In this document: positions 58,845 through 64,000 of the stretch, one piece after another | How positions within the stretch are numbered: position 1 is the stretch's first letter | How the letters are laid out: each line of letters begins with the position of its first letter | Assembly: GCF_009914755.1 (NCBI RefSeq) | Contig: NC_060930.1 | Length of the DNA stretch: 64,000 nt | Source: the human T2T-CHM13v2.0 reference genome, Homo sapiens | Reading direction: 5' to 3' (one strand) | The notes under the pieces: model-generated | Database searches by the model: none | What the model was told of the DNA's origin: nothing | What the model saw: only the letters and a program-made list of their open reading frames with translations | Position numbers and translations under genes: made by a program

Positions 58845-61315
58845 CAGCAGTTTGCAGAATGTACAACAAATGAATTAACATTCACAACAAGTGAATGAAA
58901 TGTCACTAGTAAACAGGCTTGCAGTTTTCTGGCAGTTTGCAGTGTGATTAAGGTTTCCCCGCTCCTGTGCTGGGTTTCAAAGTGTGATGTTAGATAGGAA
59001 AACAAGGGTACCGGGAAGAAAGGGCAGATGAGACTATGGATTTAAGTAGCATTATTTCCTCGTCCTGTGAATATAAAAGGGCCCAGCTTGTCCTTGGGAA
59101 TTATAAACAAATCTGCCTGAGCAGGCAAGATTTGGTAAACTTGACTATGGCAGTCTTAAGTGTTCTTTAAAATAAATTCTGGTGTCTGAAATAAGAGAAT
59201 TGGAATCTAATGTTGCTCTATCAGTGTGTTCTGTTTCCATTTTTACTTACAGACTTAAAGAAATTTCTTTGAGCTGGCCTCTCTCATGGCAGTCCATGGA
59301 TGAGGGTGGCTGTTGATGGAGCTATGGGTGGGACGGAGGACATCACATTTCCAGTAGTACTGCAACACATACTTACCTGAAGATGATGCTTTGGTTTTGT
59401 TTTTAACCAGAAAATACACAAGGGTATTCTTAGTTTAGGGGGTAATTATTTGCATTTGTAAATTCTCTAGGCCTTCCATTATTTTCCAATGGAGAAACCA
59501 TTGCTTGCCTACCCAACATCCAACTGCTCCTTATCCTCAATGAACCTGACTAGGTATAGGATCTGCTCTTATTATCAGCCCTGTGCTTCCAAGGAGGCTG
59601 GCCACGGGCTTGCCCTGCATCAGAATATGAGAGGGGTACCCTCTCAGTCTTGTGAAAGTGAAGTTCTTTCTTCCTCCAAAACGTTTCACCTTCAAATGAT
59701 GCTTGGAGCAGCTATAGCTGTTTGCAGCTGTGAAAGGAGCCAGCCAGGGAATGAAGCTGACACATGGTGGATCTGAAGAAAGATAGAAAGGGCCTCCTGG
59801 CTGTGTTAAGGGGGCACTGAATCACCTGAACCTGGAGCTAATCTGCCTCCTTGTTTAGGACACGGAGGGAATTGGACTTTGTTACTTGCAGCTGAACGCA
59901 CCCTAACTGATGCACCCTCCCTAAAGGAATGATCATGACCCGTAGGGATCCAGAGAAGGGAGGATAGCCCCGGCATGTGCAGCTGCCATAACCAATCTGA
60001 AGAGCTGCTGGTAGGATTCTTTTCTTCATGTCTGGCTGTCTTTTGACCATTTTGTTGTCCTGTTATTTTGTAAGATAAATAGTTGAAGTTTTAAATTAAA
60101 TGGTTGGTAACTTTGATAAAATATGGAGGAGAGCTGAGACATCTGTGGTGTTTACAAGGTATGGGACCTTAGAGGTAGGGCTTTGGGTTTCTTTCCACCC
60201 CTTGAGCATGCAGATGCATATTAGAGCCTCGACCTTTCTCCATAAATTACTGATTTACTTGTAGAATCTCCCATCCAGACCTTGAACTCCATCATCCTTA
60301 TACCCATGGCTGCTGGTGCTACATGAGTGACCCCCAGTAATGAGAGTTACCAATTATGGCGTATTGTTCTATGCCAGGAATTATACTAATGGCTTGGCAT
60401 GCATTGTCTTATCGTTTACAACAAGTACAATAGGTACGAACATAATCTGCATTCTAATGATAAGGGCACTGAGGCTTGAGTGATAAAATCACTTGCTTGA
60501 GGTCCCACAGCTAATAGATGATAGAGGTTCAAATATAGGTCTGACTCGAAAATTGTTTTTAATTATTCTGTTTCTTCAATGCATATTTGTTGAATATCTG
60601 TCGTTTAGATGTGTTAGAATGGGAATTGTTGTTCCTATTGATTGCAGCTTTCACCCTTGGGAAATGTACTGGGACAGAAGACACATATGCCACTACCTGA
60701 ATATTGGCTCTTCTCTGGAAATAGGCCTTAGTGGAGTATGTGACTTACAAATACATTCAGTGGTCAGTAAGGGAAAGCCTAACTAGCAGTGGTTTAAATG
60801 AGATGGGGCTATTTTCCTCATGTAACAGGCTGTCTGGAGGTCGGCTTTCAGCACTGATATCTCCAGGATTCTCTTGGCCTTCCATTATATGTGACTCTTC
60901 ATGCACAAAATGGCTGTTGCAGCTTCAGATCTCACATCCCCATCCAGAAAGAAGTCAAAGACAAAAGGCAGAAGGGCACAGCCAACTAAGCAGGTCTGGT
61001 CCTTTTTGTCGGTAAAGCAAAAGTTTTCCAGGGTTACACGGGAGGCAGGAGAAGTGGAAAACAGGATTGTTGGGAAAGGCTCACGCCAGTCCTGATCTAC
61101 TACTTGGAGCTGACCATGCTGTTGGGCAAAATAAAGTTAGACTCTTGTCACTGAGGAGAAGGCTGCTCACACTGTCAGCCACACATCTGAAAGTGGAGGC
61201 TGTTAGAATTTGAAGAGGTGCTGGAGATATCCCCGTCCCGCAAGCAAAACAACTGAGACTTGTAGGGAACACAAGTGTCTGAGCCAGGATAAAAGAAAAG
61301 GGCCTGTTTCCTTAG

Positions 61316-61744
<429 letters not shown>

Positions 61745-64000
61745 TAGAGCCTTGTGGATAGAAACAAAGCTTTGGAGAAAGCCAAGTAGCATGCCCAGGA
61801 TTATCCCCTCTGTTTGTTCAGAGCTAAACAGTGGGAGGGAGTTGGACCAGAGTCCTTTTCACAGACCCCATTGTCCTTCATGATACTGTGACCTCCCTTT
61901 ATGGTCTTTCTCCTTAGCCTGGAGCAGTGAGGCTCCTTGCTCAGACACCCTGGGCTTTCAGGTGGGTAGGCATAGCTGCCTTGACATCCCAGCAAGGAAG
62001 GCTCCGGCTCTCAAGGGACAATTGGGTAGCGCCCAGCCTGCATAAGAATATTGGGTCCATGTTTGTGCCTGGGGAGGGGAGAATGCCACCTGGTATGGCC
62101 ATGAAGAGTGGTGATGCCCCATAAACTTGAGTCCAAATGTTTCTCTCCCAGGTTGGTTTGACCCTGTCTTTCAGTGCAGTTCCTGGTTCAGTCCTCTGTG
62201 GCATGTTTCTGCCTTCCCAGGCTGGGACAGAGAGTGCCTTGGTGCTTTCCCACATATTGGGAGAAACACTGTAGCCCACCTCAGCATCCACCTGATGTGA
62301 ACAGTGTGTCAAGTCACCCTACTAAAAAGGCATCGGGTGGAGCCAGCAGTATGTGTAGGTGGGGGAGTCAAGCACTCTTAATTTTCCTCAACTTAGGAAC
62401 CTCTCCCAATTATACTAGGATAGGAAATGAGTGTGTGTGGGGGGGTTTAATCTAGGGAAAGGAAAAACACCTGTCCTGAGCTAAAGGCGACTACATGATA
62501 AGCTTTTGCTATAAAATAATAGAGTAGGATATAGTGTTTATAATACTTGAGTATTTGTTTATTGAGAAATTCCCTTTTTCTCCATGTGAACATCTTTATC
62601 AGCCTCCAGGATCCTAGCTGGTTTTCGCAGATTTTTGTGGGCACCCATATGTGTACTTTTGCAAGCTTACTAAGTCTCTATCTGGATGCAGGGCATTTAC
62701 AACCACTCCTGCTGCAAATGACAGTGCTGTATATGCTCTTTGTGGTCTCTGGTAGATATGAATGGCGAGAATAATCATGTCAGGCAGACTTAGGTTCCCC
62801 CCCTCCGGTAATGAGGATCTGTCCTGTCCTCCACAGTCACTTTGTCATGCCCTCGGCTGGGATAGTTGTCAGGCAGCTTTTACTGTCTTAGTTTGACTGT
62901 CTTTTGCTCTTGAATCATTGCACTAAGAGAACAATCTGCTACTGTTTTCTGTCTTCAGTGTGTTAAAAAAAAAATACTGGGCATATTTGTTTTTCTTCCA
63001 GCACATGTCTCGTTTGGAAAGGTCATGCATTTATATGGTAGACTTGCTATTACCCTGACTGCAGTAAAGCAGCCAATTGCCAATGTATTGCTATACATAC
63101 AGCTGCCTTCGGGGTGACTAGGCTATAAGGCAGTTACAGACAGGCTGAAGGGCACCTGTTGTGCCCACACACAAACCCAACCTTTAACACGACATTTATC
63201 CTGAGAAACAGTCTTGTCTTCACATCACATAGTGCCAGACCTGAGGCTACTTGTTGGGCAGGTTAATGCAGATCTTAGTCAGCTGACCTGCAGGCTGGAA
63301 GAGGGAGGTATAGGGTCTGTGATATGTTTAAAGCAGGCAGCTAGTAAGGAACCAGCCCAACCTTTTTGGCTCCTGCCCAAGGCCTATTTTTAAAGAGTGC
63401 TTGCAGTACAGGATCGATGGGGATGTTCAGTAGTTGAAATACCACAAACATATTACTGCTGGGAGAAGTTGCTGTTTATGGGAAAATAAAATTTTACCTC
63501 ATTGTTCTCTGCGTGATGCTTGTTGCCAAAATGAATTACTTAAGGGGAGTTATTTCATACATGGATGCATGAAAGTGATGTTCGATGCCTATGGAGAAGG
63601 TACTGCAAAGCTTTTAGCAGAGGACAGGAGCTGTAACTTCAGAAGGTAAAAAGGTTTCAGTCTGACCTAGGGAAACACCTGTTTTAAATGATTTAGAAAG
63701 TAAGAGAATACACAACTGACACACTTGTGAAAAAAGGTAATGTCAGGGCGTGAACTGAGTATGTTCTCAGTGTAGAAAATTCAAAAGCCTAGGAAACATA
63801 AGTATTGACACATCATGTCACTTGAACCATGCGGAAGGTTTTACGACATCCCTACTTTATAGAGAGGAGACTGAGGCTTTGTGAGGATAACTTGCCCAGG
63901 ATTACCCAGTAACAACTGTTAAAATCTAAACTCTAACCTGTGACTGCTGGGTGCAAAAGTCATATGACCTAAAGATGAATCTTAATATTTGGTTTATTTT

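Overview
Primate genomic DNA, almost certainly human 6q23. The window covers about 36 kb of repeat-rich upstream sequence, the CpG-island promoter and the first two coding exons of ARFGEF3 (BIG3/KIAA1244, + strand), and continues into intron 2; exon 3 was not found in the window. The rest is mostly interspersed repeats (L1, Alu, MaLR LTRs, L2, hAT-Charlie fossils). I see no evidence of a new protein-coding system. The notable signals are structural or regulatory: (1) a ~1 kb intron-1 minisatellite with an internally palindromic unit, plus an orphan 55-bp copy about 2.1 kb away inside an L2; (2) an ~85-bp L1 snippet that appears copied from an L1 2.4 kb away; (3) a tailless 33-nt U2 snRNA retrocopy with a 16-bp TSD; (4) a TSD-bounded L1 inside an MST LTR that was later internally inverted and deleted; (5) a perfect 17-bp inverted repeat; (6) uORFs and an XBP1/CREB3-type site at the promoter; (7) a palindromic E-box + IR1 cluster upstream. 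Repeat subfamily names and boundaries are by eye and approximate.
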